This document shows, one piece after another, positions 1-8,948 of a stretch of 51,591 bases of DNA (positions are counted from its first letter, which is position 1; the number at the start of each line of letters is the position of its first letter). Position numbers and translations under genes: made by a program. The stretch is taken from positions 1 to 51,591 of IMG/VR virus record IMGVR_UViG_3300044820_000144; one strand, 5' to 3'. The notes beneath the pieces were generated by a model. It searched no databases and was not told the origin of the DNA. It saw nothing but the letters and a program-made list of their open reading frames with translations. This DNA comes from a virus.

Positions 1-888
1 GGTGATGCCAGCGCCGACCTCGCCGATCCGGTCGGCCAGGGTCTTCTGCCCGGCCGGGTTGCCCCGGAAGTCGGTCAGGAGGACCTGCAGGTAGCGCTGC
101 ATCTGGGTGGACAGACCGTCTTCGGAGACACCCGCGAAAACCAGCGCCTCGCTCAGGTCGTAGGCGCCTTCGCGATCCTGGATCTCGTCGGCCCAGACCA
201 GGTCCCGCACCGCGCACAGGATCCGCCGCATGTGGCGGGGTGAGTTGTTGCCCGCTCGGGCGACCGCTCGGGCGACCTCATCGGTGGGTAGGGCCAGCCC
301 GTCGCGCTGCAGGATCTTCCGGGACAGCTGCATCGCGATCAGCGCGCCCTCGGCGTCGGTGTAGGGGTTCAGCGTCGGGGTGATCTCGAACCGCTCCAGG
401 ACCGCCTGGGGCAACCGGCCCGCATCCGTCGTGGCAGCGATCACCGTGATCTTCGGGACGTCGATCTGCCCCAGCGGGCTGGACACCGTGCCGTCCTGCA
501 GCAAGGTGAGCAGCCACTCGGCGTTCCCCTTGCCGCCCTGGGCCTGGCGGTGGACCTCGTCCAAGAACAGGACGTCCCCGTCCACCATGTCCATGAACAG
601 GTACTGCAGACCGGCGGGCTTCACCGGGCCCGCCTGGATCGTCACGTTGGCGCCCAGCTCCTTCGCCGTCAGCAAGGCCAGGCTGGTCTTGCCGATGCCC
701 GGCACCGGGCTGGAGATCAGGACGTGGTTCATCACCTCACCCCGCGCCTTGGTGCTCCTGGCCGCCACCTTCAGCGTCCGCTTCGCCAGGTCCTGGCCGA
801 CGAACTCCTCCCAGTCGGCCGGGTAGTGCTCGGGCATGAAGTCCTGGCCGCCGACCGTGCTGTCCGCGGCGCTCGCCTTGGTTCCCAT
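1..888 (-). CDS. ruvB: RuvB-like Holliday junction branch-migration AAA+ ATPase (3' end runs off the window; absent from the ORF track)
   Basis: Manual translation from ATG 888: YPADWEEFVGQ, HVLISSPVPGIGKTSLA (Walker A), GDVLFLDEVHR (Walker B), VIAATTDAGRLPQAVLERF (sensor 1/Arg finger), NNSPRHMRRIL (sensor 2); open to position 1. Confidence 0.85.
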   Translation of the reverse strand, partial: MGTKASAADSTVGGQDFMPEHYPADWEEFVGQDLAKRTLKVAARSTKARGEVMNHVLISSPVPGIGKTSLALLTAKELGANVTIQAGPVKPAGLQYLFMDMVDGDVLFLDEVHRQAQGGKGNAEWLLTLLQDGTVSSPLGQIDVPKITVIAATTDAGRLPQAVLERFEITPTLNPYTDAEGALIAMQLSRKILQRDGLALPTDEVARAVARAGNNSPRHMRRILCAVRDLVWADEIQDREGAYDLSEALVFAGVSEDGLSTQMQRYLQVLLTDFRGNPAGQKTLADRIGEVGAGIT

Positions 889-894
889 AACGTT

Positions 895-1080
895 TCAGCT
901 CCCTGAATCACAATGTGCGCGAGCGCAAGTGACGCTCTCGCAGGCGCGGTGGCATTCGTTGCACAACAGGTCGCCGGTGCTCAGGCAGATGACGGCGCAC
1001 GTCGCCGGATGGGTGGCGCACAGGGGTGCGCCGCACCCCTCGCACGAGCGGACCTCGTCGCAGCACGGGGGTGTTTTCAC
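895..1080 (-). CDS. small Cys/His-rich putative zinc-binding protein
   Basis: GGAGG RBS before GTG 1080; several CxxC/CxxH pairs; stop codon lies within the TTCAG..CTGAA motif. Confidence 0.6.
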   Translation of the reverse strand: MKTPPCCDEVRSCEGCGAPLCATHPATCAVICLSTGDLLCNECHRACESVTCARAHCDSGS

Positions 1081-1167
1081 CTGGCCTCCAAACGCCGACG
1101 AGCCACCACGGATGCTTCCGTGGTGGCCCCAGAGTGTCAATCCTACGCCTGTCAGTATGGCACTACT

Positions 1168-2097
1168 TCACTCGTTCGGCGGTCCCCCCACCTGGTCGAC
1201 GGTGCAGTCGTCGACCGCCAGGTCACGCCGCAACCCCGCGAACACCGGCTGCCGCAACCGCCGGCCCGACCCGATTTCCAGGAACGTGACCTCCACCACG
1301 ATCGGCTCCCGCCGCTGCAGCATCCCCCAGATTTCGGCGATATCGGCGTTACTGAATCCCGACCCCACCGACCCGATCCCCACCGTCGCGCCAGACACCG
1401 GGTCCAGCAGGCCCAGCTTCAGGGCACCGAAGACCCCCGCCCGGGACCCCTCACCCGCGTCGTACCCGACCACCACCGCACTGATCCGGTGGGTCCGCTT
1501 CACCTTCAACCAGGCCGAGCTGCGCCGCCCCACATACCGGCCGTCGTGCCGCTTGGCGACCAGGCCCTCCAGGCCCATGTCACACACGACCCGCCACATC
1601 ATCGCCCCGTCCACACTGACCGGCGGCGACGTGATGGAATGCATCTGCAACCCCGCAGCCAGCTCCCCGAGCTGCTCACGCCGCCCCAGGTAGGACAACG
1701 CCCGACAGTCGACCCCCGCCCGGATCAACACGTCGAACACCACGAACTGCGCCGGAAACCGGGCCGCCATCGTGGCCGCCGCGCGCTCGCTGCCCTGGGC
1801 GTCGCGGCGCTGGACCCGGCCGAAGTCGGGGCGCCCGTCGGCGTCCGGGCAGACGATCTCCCCGTCGAGGACCATGTCGCCCAGCCCCGTGGCCGTGCGC
1901 ACGACGTCGGGGTAGCGGTAGGTGATGTCCCTACCGTTCCGGTTAGTGATCGTCACCTTCCCGCCGGAGACGTGCAGCAGTGCACGAATGCCGTCCATCT
2001 TGAACTCGAAAGACCAACAGTTGTCCTGCAACAGGCGTGTGATCACCGCCTCGGGTGGGCCGCTGGTCGGCGTCGCCAGCATCAGGGCAGGCGTCAT
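1168..2097 (-). CDS. ATP-dependent DNA ligase (LigC/LigD ligase-domain type)
   Basis: EFKMDGIR (motif I), VLDGEIV, FVVFDVL, LEGLVAKR, WLKVK, OB domain with GSVGSGFS and RLRQPVF; GAGGAG RBS before ATG 2097. Confidence 0.92.
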   Translation of the reverse strand: MTPALMLATPTSGPPEAVITRLLQDNCWSFEFKMDGIRALLHVSGGKVTITNRNGRDITYRYPDVVRTATGLGDMVLDGEIVCPDADGRPDFGRVQRRDAQGSERAAATMAARFPAQFVVFDVLIRAGVDCRALSYLGRREQLGELAAGLQMHSITSPPVSVDGAMMWRVVCDMGLEGLVAKRHDGRYVGRRSSAWLKVKRTHRISAVVVGYDAGEGSRAGVFGALKLGLLDPVSGATVGIGSVGSGFSNADIAEIWGMLQRREPIVVEVTFLEIGSGRRLRQPVFAGLRRDLAVDDCTVDQVGGPPNE

Positions 2098-2191
2098 CGA
2101 CTTCTCCTCTCGGTATCTGTTCAGCCCAGCACGGGCTAGAGGTGCCGCGCCACCGCCGCACGGGTGAACCGCGCGGCGGTGGGCGGGGGAG

Positions 2192-2267
2192 TGGCAGCGC
2201 CGACGGGACTCGAACCCGTACATGTGCGGGGTGATGCCCCGGTGTCCTGCCGTTAGACGACGACGCT
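2192..2267 (-). tRNA. tRNA-like gene with abnormal anticodon arm (nominal AUC, G73, encoded CCA)
   Basis: Acceptor AGCGTCG/CGGCGCT+GCCA; D arm GTCT-AACGGCA-GGAC; T arm ACGGG-TTCGAGT-CCCGT; anticodon arm CGGGG-CATCA-CCCCG lacks U33. Confidence 0.75.
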
Positions 2268-2271
2268 GTAG

Positions 2272-2346
2272 AGCCGCCGACGGGAATCGAACCCGCGCCT
2301 GTCCGGGGTGCAATCCGGGCGCCCTTGCCAATTAGGCGACGACGGC
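2272..2346 (-). tRNA. tRNA-like gene with 8-nt anticodon loop (Cys GCA / Ala UGC ambiguous)
   Basis: Acceptor GCCGTCG/CGGCGGC, U73; D arm GCCT-AATTGGCAA-GGGC; T arm GCGGG-TTCGATT-CCCGT; anticodon arm CCGG-ATTGCACC-CCGG. Confidence 0.75.
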
Positions 2347-2366
2347 ATGTTCTCGTGTCGGGTGGT

Positions 2367-3437
2367 TCACTCGCCGCGCTTCGCGACGGACATGTCGATG
2401 CCGTTCATGCGCCGCACGCAACGCTGCCACGCCTGCTCGCACTCCGCCTTGGTCCCGTCGACCGGGATCTTGCCCACCTCCTGTCCCTTGTACGTGACCA
2501 TGGTGAATTTCGCGTCGCCCGCCTCGGCGATCGTGGCACCCATGTTGCGTAGCCCCGACTTCAGCTTGCCGGGGGTGTTGGGTATGCCGCTCTTCTCCTT
2601 GCGTGACCCGCCACCGCCCCGCGACTCCCTCTCGCTGATCAGCCCCGTGGTGAAGTACGCGGCGATCACCATCGGCAGGGTCGGGTCCTTGAAGCCCACC
2701 ACGACCATGTTGTCGCCGCGGTGGAACCGCAGCAGCGCGAAGCCCCGCCACGACGACGACGCGTCGACCTCCACCCGGTCGGCGTGCCGGGCCACCGACT
2801 CGCACTGCGCCAGGTCGATCCCGTGCAGCGCGGTCACGTCGTCGTGGAAACCCAGCGGCGGCCCGTCCCCCAGCCCCTGGGCCAGCAGCTCCCGCAGCTT
2901 CCACGCCTTGCCGGAGATGGCCCCCACGTCCCAGCTCTGCGAGGTGCCGGGCAGCACGGTGTACTGCCGGGGCCGGGGCGCCTGCTCGGCGGGGGCTTCC
3001 TGCCGCCACGTCGCGGGCGGCACCGGCCGCAGCCGCTCAGTGGGGGCCCCGCCGGGCGACACCACCCGCGTCGGCGCGACCGGGACAGCCCGCTCGGGCT
3101 TGGCGGCCGGCTCGGGGGCCGGCTCGGGGGCCGGCTGGGGCTCGGGCGCCGGCTGGGCGGGTGCGGCTTCCTCCACCTCCTGGGCGGCCAGCTGCTCCAT
3201 CACCAGGCGGTGACGTTCGGCGAAGTCCATGCCCCCGGCCCGCCTGCGCGTGGTCGCCGGGTTGGTCGCAGCCCGGGGGAGGGACAGCCCGTCGGGCTGC
3301 GGTGCGTTGTGCACCGTGACCTCTCCGTCGGCGTCCACCGTCACCCGGGACCAGTCGTCCTCGCACTGCGCTCGCACTCTGCGGCGCAGCGCGAGCGGTA
3401 GGCGAGCGATCTCGCGGGGGTAGGTGGCGGGTGCCAT
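2367..3437 (-). CDS. multidomain hypothetical protein; possible DUF4258/RelE-like and HicA-like C-terminal domains
   Basis: 356-aa ORF with Pro/Ala linker; ATG 7 nt after CATACT -10 (leaderless); domain calls rest on loose pattern resemblance only. Confidence 0.65.
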   Translation of the reverse strand: MAPATYPREIARLPLALRRRVRAQCEDDWSRVTVDADGEVTVHNAPQPDGLSLPRAATNPATTRRRAGGMDFAERHRLVMEQLAAQEVEEAAPAQPAPEPQPAPEPAPEPAAKPERAVPVAPTRVVSPGGAPTERLRPVPPATWRQEAPAEQAPRPRQYTVLPGTSQSWDVGAISGKAWKLRELLAQGLGDGPPLGFHDDVTALHGIDLAQCESVARHADRVEVDASSSWRGFALLRFHRGDNMVVVGFKDPTLPMVIAAYFTTGLISERESRGGGGSRKEKSGIPNTPGKLKSGLRNMGATIAEAGDAKFTMVTYKGQEVGKIPVDGTKAECEQAWQRCVRRMNGIDMSVAKRGE

Positions 3438-3441
3438 GCGC

Positions 3442-3454
3442 GTCAGTATGGCAC
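3442..3454 (-). promoter_or_regulatory. repeated extended -10 promoter GTGCCATACTGAC (identical copy at 1151-1163)
   Basis: 13-bp identity at two intergenic sites upstream of minus-strand genes; TGn-CATACT. Confidence 0.55.
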
Positions 3455-3588
3455 CCGATCGGGTCGGTTGGTGGCCCTACGTCGCGTAGAGAACGCGGTA
3501 GGTGATGGGCCGGGTGTGGCGGGTGGGACGAACACGGACGATCTGCACCCGGCCCCGCCCCTCCTGGGGCCGGGTGCAGCATCCCGCG

Positions 3589-4503
3589 TCACGACGCCAG
3601 GGGCGGGTTCTGCCGGTCGGGCGTCTGCTCCTTCGCGGTGCGCCGACGCGGGGCCCCCGGTGCCGCCTTCTTGGCGGCCGGGCGACGCCGGGGGGCGGGC
3701 GGCTCCTCGACGGCGGGCGTGGCCGCCTCGTGCTTGGCGACGAACTCCAGCAGCGCGGCCCCCAGGTCGCCGACGGTGGCGGTCTTGTCGGCCAGGGAGA
3801 CCGGCGTCGCGGACTCGACCAGCTTCGCCAGGGCCGCCGCGCGCCGGTCACGGTAGTTGGCCTCGTCGTAGGGGGTGCACAGGATGTCTGCGGCGTGCTC
3901 GGCCATCGCCAGGTACTGCTCGTTCAGGGTCCCGCCGACCTGCGGGCGGGCCCGGACCAGCTCCGGGCGGGCCAGCTGCCGCATCGTCAGCACCCCCTCC
4001 AGGGTGAAGACCTGGAACAGGGCCGGTGCCCCACCGAAGGAGAACTCCCCGATGAACCCCTTCTCCGCGTGCCGCCCGACCAGCGTGGACAGCAGGGCGT
4101 ACCCGTCCTCGAAGCCCTTGCGGGGGGCCAGGTAGTAGCTCTTGCCGGTCGGGAACAGGCCGGACAGCTCCGCCGCCGGGTGCACGGTCAGCGGGATCGT
4201 CTTCTTCTGCTCCTCGGTCGCGGCCAGCTCCTGGACCGCGGTGGTGTCGAGCATGACGACCGCCCCGCCGGCCGCACGGCCCTTGCGGAACGTGTCCCGG
4301 TCCTTGTTGTCGCACTCGGGGCAGTAGTCGACCCGCTTGATGCGGGAGGGCGCGGTGCCCTCGTGGACCGGGTCGCCGTCGTGGGTGCACAGCGAGATCA
4401 GACCCGCGTCCTCGTCCTCGACGGCACCCTGAATGCCCATGGGCACCGTGATCGGACCGAGCTGGACGGTCGCCACCCGGAACGTGCGCGCTGCTGCTGC
4501 CAT
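3589..4503 (-). CDS. ku: Ku-like DNA end-binding protein
   Basis: TVQLGPITVPM..., SRIKRVDYCPEC, FRKG, YYLAP, GYALL; basic Pro/Ala/Lys/Arg tail; AGGAGG RBS before ATG 4503. Confidence 0.8.
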   Translation of the reverse strand: MAAAARTFRVATVQLGPITVPMGIQGAVEDEDAGLISLCTHDGDPVHEGTAPSRIKRVDYCPECDNKDRDTFRKGRAAGGAVVMLDTTAVQELAATEEQKKTIPLTVHPAAELSGLFPTGKSYYLAPRKGFEDGYALLSTLVGRHAEKGFIGEFSFGGAPALFQVFTLEGVLTMRQLARPELVRARPQVGGTLNEQYLAMAEHAADILCTPYDEANYRDRRAAALAKLVESATPVSLADKTATVGDLGAALLEFVAKHEAATPAVEEPPAPRRRPAAKKAAPGAPRRRTAKEQTPDRQNPPLAS

Positions 4504-4671
4504 GACTCTTCCTCCTGAACTGCAGAGATGGGGTTCGGATTTCACACAAGGGGGGTGGTGCAGAGGGTGGGCACCTCACACAAGCCTGGGGTGTGCCGTA
4601 TCTCCAGGCGTTGGAATGGCACCCACGAGTACCTGATCGGGCTACCGGAATCACCCCGACGGCCCAAACGA

Positions 4672-4705
4672 CACGAGCCCCGAAGCACAGGGCTTCGGGG
4701 CTCGT
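4672..4705. terminator. strong hairpin, probable intrinsic terminator
   Basis: CACGAGCCCCGAAGC-ACAGG-GCTTCGGGGCTCGTG inverted repeat. Confidence 0.6.
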
Positions 4706-4768
4706 GCGCAGAGGGCCCTGGACGAAGCAGGATCCTCCGGCGGCAACCGGGGTGCGCCGGCTGCCGGG

Positions 4769-5071
4769 TCAGTGGTGCAGCCGGGCCAGGGCCGGGCGTT
4801 GCCGCCACCGCTCGATGGCCTGGCGGCTGTCCACGTGGTCGGGCTCGACCTGCTCGTCGTCCTGGTCGGGCTCGTCGTCCATGACGATCCCCTCCAGCAC
4901 CTCGACCTGCGACGCGGCGGCGGCGGCGGCGGCCAGGTAGTCCTCCAGGCTCGCCTCCAGCAGGACCATGGCCGCATCGACCCGCTGGGCGCAGACCAGC
5001 GTCCACACGTGATCTTTGAGGCCGTCGACGATCTGCTCGACGGTGCGGTGCGGAAGCGCGGTGACGGTCAT
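4769..5071 (-). CDS. hypothetical acidic protein
   Basis: GGAGAGG RBS, ATG 5071, 100 aa. Confidence 0.6.
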   Translation of the reverse strand: MTVTALPHRTVEQIVDGLKDHVWTLVCAQRVDAAMVLLEASLEDYLAAAAAAASQVEVLEGIVMDDEPDQDDEQVEPDHVDSRQAIERWRQRPALARLHH

Positions 5072-5189
5072 CAGCTCAACCTCTCCATGGTGGACGGCGA
5101 CCGTGCCAGCTGGACGCCTGGAGCACCAGACGCTAGGAGCGCCCACCACCTCACGAGAGGGAAAGGCTGCGAAGTCGGCCGAATGTTCT

Positions 5190-5852
5190 CTAGTCGTCGG
5201 TCGAACGGGCGACGACCGGAAGCGCTGGGTGAGGCGACAGGCGGTAGAGCCCCCCGAAGGTCCGCGTGTGCCCGTCAGCGAGCACCAGCGCCCACCCCCC
5301 GCGGACCTCGCCCTGCCCGATGATGATCGCGCCCATCGAGTAGGGCCGCTCCACCATGTCGCCCGCCTGGTTGCGGGCATGGCGCACCGTCACGCGAGTA
5401 CGCCCGAGCTTGGTCACCTCACCCCGGCGCTGGCCCTGGTCGGCGACGACCCACACTTCCTGCCCGACCGTGAAGTCCTCCACGGTGTGCACCCGCATCT
5501 CACGCCTCGCGGGCAGCCACGCCGTCACGTAGCAGTACCCGGCCGACGCGTTGGTGTTCGCGTGGACGACCAGCTCATCGTCCATGTGCAGGATGAAGTC
5601 CTCCCGCTCGCGGGTGGACATCCACCCCTCGGCGAGCATGTCGGCCAGCAGGTTCCGCAGCCGGGCGGGGTCCAGCGTGGCGTTCAGGACCTGAAACAGC
5701 CGGTCCTTCGCCTCCTGCGGGCCGTCGGCGCCCTGCCGGTCGCCGACGAAATCGACGTCGCCCCCCTGGGTCACAATCAGCCGCGCCCCCCACGCGGCGA
5801 CCGCGTCGTCGGGAATGACGGCGGGTGAGCCGAATCCCGGGTCGAGAGCCAT
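5190..5852 (-). CDS. hypothetical protein with SH3/KOW-like C-terminal region
   Basis: 220 aa, AAGGA RBS; FTVGQEVWV...GEVTKLGRTRVTV. Confidence 0.65.
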   Translation of the reverse strand: MALDPGFGSPAVIPDDAVAAWGARLIVTQGGDVDFVGDRQGADGPQEAKDRLFQVLNATLDPARLRNLLADMLAEGWMSTREREDFILHMDDELVVHANTNASAGYCYVTAWLPARREMRVHTVEDFTVGQEVWVVADQGQRRGEVTKLGRTRVTVRHARNQAGDMVERPYSMGAIIIGQGEVRGGWALVLADGHTRTFGGLYRLSPHPALPVVARSTDD

Positions 5853-6012
5853 GCGTTGTCCTTCCTATTCCGATTCCAGGTCTTGCAAAGCTGACAATTC
5901 GTCAAGGATGTCGCTCAACAGGCCGTCCGCGACGGCTTGGCGAAGGTCCACGCACAGGCTCACGATCTGGTCCAACGTGCCCCCTCCTTGGGACAGCGGG
6001 ATCAGCGGCAGG

Positions 6013-6444
6013 TCAGCAACTGATCCCGGTCTCGAACGGCCCGAGGGTGGCCTCGCTGGTGTGCGTCTCCCCGTTCGCCGACACCTTGATCGCCCACGCG
6101 AACGTGTCCCCGAGGGCGATCACCTCGATCGTGCCGTCGCCGTCGGGCTCGCCGACGAACCACGCCGCGGGCACGTTCAACCCCCGGAAGAAGGCGACCG
6201 CGTCGTGCTGGGCGGGGGTCAGCACCCCCGCGACCGTCCCGAGGTCATGGCCGTACCGCTCCCGCAGAGCATCGGACAACAGGCCAGCCAGCTGGGCGAG
6301 AGCGGGCACCGGCATGACGATCCCCGCCGTGTGCCCACCCCCGGCCACCACCAGGTCCAGGTGATCCTCCGGGACCGGGTCGTCGCCGGCGTAGATGCTG
6401 GCCGTGGCCCCGTTCAGGCCGCGCACGGTCGCGTCGTTCCCCAT
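6013..6444 (-). CDS. hypothetical protein
   Basis: GGAGG RBS; start coupled to upstream stop. Confidence 0.6.
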   Translation of the reverse strand: MGNDATVRGLNGATASIYAGDDPVPEDHLDLVVAGGGHTAGIVMPVPALAQLAGLLSDALRERYGHDLGTVAGVLTPAQHDAVAFFRGLNVPAAWFVGEPDGDGTIEVIALGDTFAWAIKVSANGETHTSEATLGPFETGISC

Positions 6445-6641
6445 CACACACCTCCCAGTCGAATCCGACACGCCTCGATCTCGGCAGGCGTGAACAACCA
6501 CTCCTTGTTCGGCTGCGGGACATGCTCCAGGCCCGCCGTGATGGCGGCAGCCAGGACCGCCTCGACAGCGGCCGGGGCGTACCCGTCCACCACCAGCACC
6601 CGCCGCGCCTCACCGTAGGTCCGCAGCGCGTCATCCCTCAC
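6444..6641 (-). CDS. hypothetical protein
   Basis: GTGA-coupled to upstream ORF, 65 aa. Confidence 0.55.
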   Translation of the reverse strand: MRDDALRTYGEARRVLVVDGYAPAAVEAVLAAAITAGLEHVPQPNKEWLFTPAEIEACRIRLGGV

Positions 6642-6901
6642 GGCGCGCCTTCCTCGGGCTCGGCGTCGTTCGTGGACACCTCGGCCCTGATCTTGTCGTT
6701 GATCGGGCCGAACAGATCGAGCACAGCCCGGTCATCGAGCGCATAGCTCTTGAGCAGCTTCCGGCCCTCGATGTGCAGGTAGGTGCCACCGTCCGCGGTG
6801 CGGCTAGCGTCCAACACCACGCTCTCGACGGTGCGACCACGGGCGTCGAAACGACGACCCGTCGCACGACCCTTGGCCGGGAACTCCGCGTCAGCCCTCA
6901 C
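6638..6901 (-). CDS. hypothetical protein
   Basis: 87 aa, overlaps both neighbours in the operon. Confidence 0.55.
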   Translation of the reverse strand: MRADAEFPAKGRATGRRFDARGRTVESVVLDASRTADGGTYLHIEGRKLLKSYALDDRAVLDLFGPINDKIRAEVSTNDAEPEEGAP

Positions 6902-7379
6902 GACGAGCCTGCAGGGCCTTCGCGTCGCGCTCGGCGTCGACCATCTCCTTCTCCCGGCCGGGCATGACCGACCGGACGGTGGCGTAGCAGATGACGCCCC
7001 AGCCCAGCTGCGCCAGCTTCTCGGCGACGGCGGCCTCGACCAGGTCGCGCAGGTGCTGGGCGGCGTCCTCGTCGGTCGTCGCGCCGTAGTCGGTGGTGTA
7101 GTCGGAGATGCGGTAGGCCAGGCCGAGGTCGATGTCGACGGACCGACCCACGGTCCCGGCCGGGTCGGCGGGCAGACCCATCCGGAGCCGCGTGGCGACG
7201 TTCAGGATGTCGTCGATCGTCGACCACGCCCCCTCGTGCGTCTTGTGGGTCGCGCTCTGCGGGGCCCGCTCACGTCGGGCCAGCTCGACCTGCTCCTCGA
7301 TGTAGGAGCGGTTGGAGCCCATGTCGAAGCCCCACTTGCGGATCCACGGGTAGTCGTCGGCGGTGCGCTTGTCGGTCAT
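6891..7379 (-). CDS. hypothetical protein
   Basis: AGGAGG RBS, 162 aa. Confidence 0.7.
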   Translation of the reverse strand: MTDKRTADDYPWIRKWGFDMGSNRSYIEEQVELARRERAPQSATHKTHEGAWSTIDDILNVATRLRMGLPADPAGTVGRSVDIDLGLAYRISDYTTDYGATTDEDAAQHLRDLVEAAVAEKLAQLGWGVICYATVRSVMPGREKEMVDAERDAKALQARREG

Positions 7380-7435
7380 GATGATGTGCCTCCTGGTGTC
7401 AGGTGATTGCGTGGTTTCAGGTCCTTGAAAGGCCG

Positions 7436-7801
7436 TCAGCGGCCGGCGGCCCAGATCCGGTGCACCATTGCTCGGCTGACGCCGTACTTGACGGCCGTCG
7501 CCTGGGCGGTCAACAGTCCGTTCTCGGCGAGGATCTCCGCCCGGGTCGGGTCATCGATCCTCGTGGTCAGGTAGCGCTCGGCCTCGATCCGCTGCCTCAC
7601 CCAGGGGCGCATCTCCTCCGCGAGGTAGACGTTGCCCATCTCCAGGGTCGCCACCGGTGCGGGGAACCCCTGAACGCGGTACCACGTCCAGGTGCGCCCC
7701 CGCTTCAGCGGAGGTTTGCCCAGCTCCTCGCACACCGTGTCGGCGTATGCGTGGATCTCCGCCTGCCCCCACAGGGTCGGGAATCCTTCGCGCGTGGTCA
7801 T
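7436..7801 (-). CDS. AlpA/excisionase-like DNA-binding protein with a second C-terminal HTH
   Basis: LWGQAEI...TWYRVQGFPAPVATLEMGNVY; C-terminal ATAVKYGVSRAMVHRIW. Confidence 0.7.
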   Translation of the reverse strand: MTTREGFPTLWGQAEIHAYADTVCEELGKPPLKRGRTWTWYRVQGFPAPVATLEMGNVYLAEEMRPWVRQRIEAERYLTTRIDDPTRAEILAENGLLTAQATAVKYGVSRAMVHRIWAAGR

Positions 7802-7823
7802 GGTCGTGCCCCTTGTCGTTCGG

Positions 7824-8906
7824 TCAGTCGTCCAGGCGCTGGGGCACCGGTCCGAAGTCGATGTCCGTGTCGCCCTGGTAGTCCTCGTCGTGCTCGGACA
7901 GCTCGCACAGCAGGTCGTCGATCTCGTCGGTCAGGGCGCCCCACTCCTCGGTGGGGTCGTCGCGGGAGGCGAGCACCGTCCCGGCGCCGTCCACGACCCG
8001 CTCGGCGTAGGCGCGCAGGATGCCCGCCTCGTTGTACTCCCCGTAGGCCACGAGCCGGACCGCGGTCGGGTACGCCACGCGCACCTGCGCCTCGATCATG
8101 CGCCGGACCGCACGGTCCAGACCGGCCTGCGCCGCGATGATCTCCTGCCGGGCGGCGGCCAGCTCCTCGGCGGGAGAGAGGGCGGGCTCACCGTGCCACG
8201 CCTCGAACGGGCACCGGCCGGCCGGGGCCGGGGTGTACGCGGTGGGGATGGCGTCGTCCCACGTGCGGTGGCACGTCCCGCAGGTGACCGGGTCCTTCGC
8301 CGGGTCGCTCGCGAGCAGGACGTCACCGGTGACCAGGACCTTGACCGGGAAGTCGGCCGGGACCGCACCGCGCAGCTCCTCCAGCCGCTCCGCCCACGGC
8401 TCGTACGCGTTCGCGTTGAGCAGCCACAGGTAGCGGCGGGGGGTCTCGTCGGCCAGGACACGCACCTGACGGGCGAACTCGACCCACGCGGCGCGCTGCT
8501 GCGGGGTCCACTCCTCCACCTCGGGCAGGTCCTGCACGGTCAGCCACCCACCCGAGCGGCCCTCGGTGTACACCTGGCGGGCGCCCAGCAGCTCCTCGGC
8601 CAGGAGTCGGGCGTCCTGCACGCCCTCGGTGCACGCCTCCTGCCACCAGCTCTCGCGCGCCTGCTCGTCCAGGTGCGCCTCGATCCACTCCACGGTGAAC
8701 CCCGGCTCGGTCGTCACCGTCGTGAACTCGTCGTCGCCCTGCTCCTTGACCTGCCCCAGTTCCAGCGGGAGCAGGGACGCCAGGTCGAACGTGCCCACCT
8801 TGATGTTCACGGCCGGGTTCCTGGTGCGGCCCATCTCGCTGTGCATGTCGACGGTGAAGGTGGTCTCGGTCGGACTGTCGTCCGGCGTCTGCTGGTCCTG
8901 GTCCAC
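7824..8906 (-). CDS. modular hypothetical protein with internal CxxC..CxxxxxH zinc module
   Basis: 360 aa; DPVTCGTCHRTWDD...RCPFEAWH. Confidence 0.7.
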   Translation of the reverse strand: MDQDQQTPDDSPTETTFTVDMHSEMGRTRNPAVNIKVGTFDLASLLPLELGQVKEQGDDEFTTVTTEPGFTVEWIEAHLDEQARESWWQEACTEGVQDARLLAEELLGARQVYTEGRSGGWLTVQDLPEVEEWTPQQRAAWVEFARQVRVLADETPRRYLWLLNANAYEPWAERLEELRGAVPADFPVKVLVTGDVLLASDPAKDPVTCGTCHRTWDDAIPTAYTPAPAGRCPFEAWHGEPALSPAEELAAARQEIIAAQAGLDRAVRRMIEAQVRVAYPTAVRLVAYGEYNEAGILRAYAERVVDGAGTVLASRDDPTEEWGALTDEIDDLLCELSEHDEDYQGDTDIDFGPVPQRLDD

Positions 8907-8948
8907 GGTCGTCCTGCCTTTCAGTTCCTGAATCCGTTGACTGTTGCT

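Noticed and set aside
2272-2346. 8-nt-loop tRNA acting as suppressor of the CCC-C frameshift at 30392
   Set aside because: Its loop (ATTGCACC) cannot pair with a CCCC quadruplet
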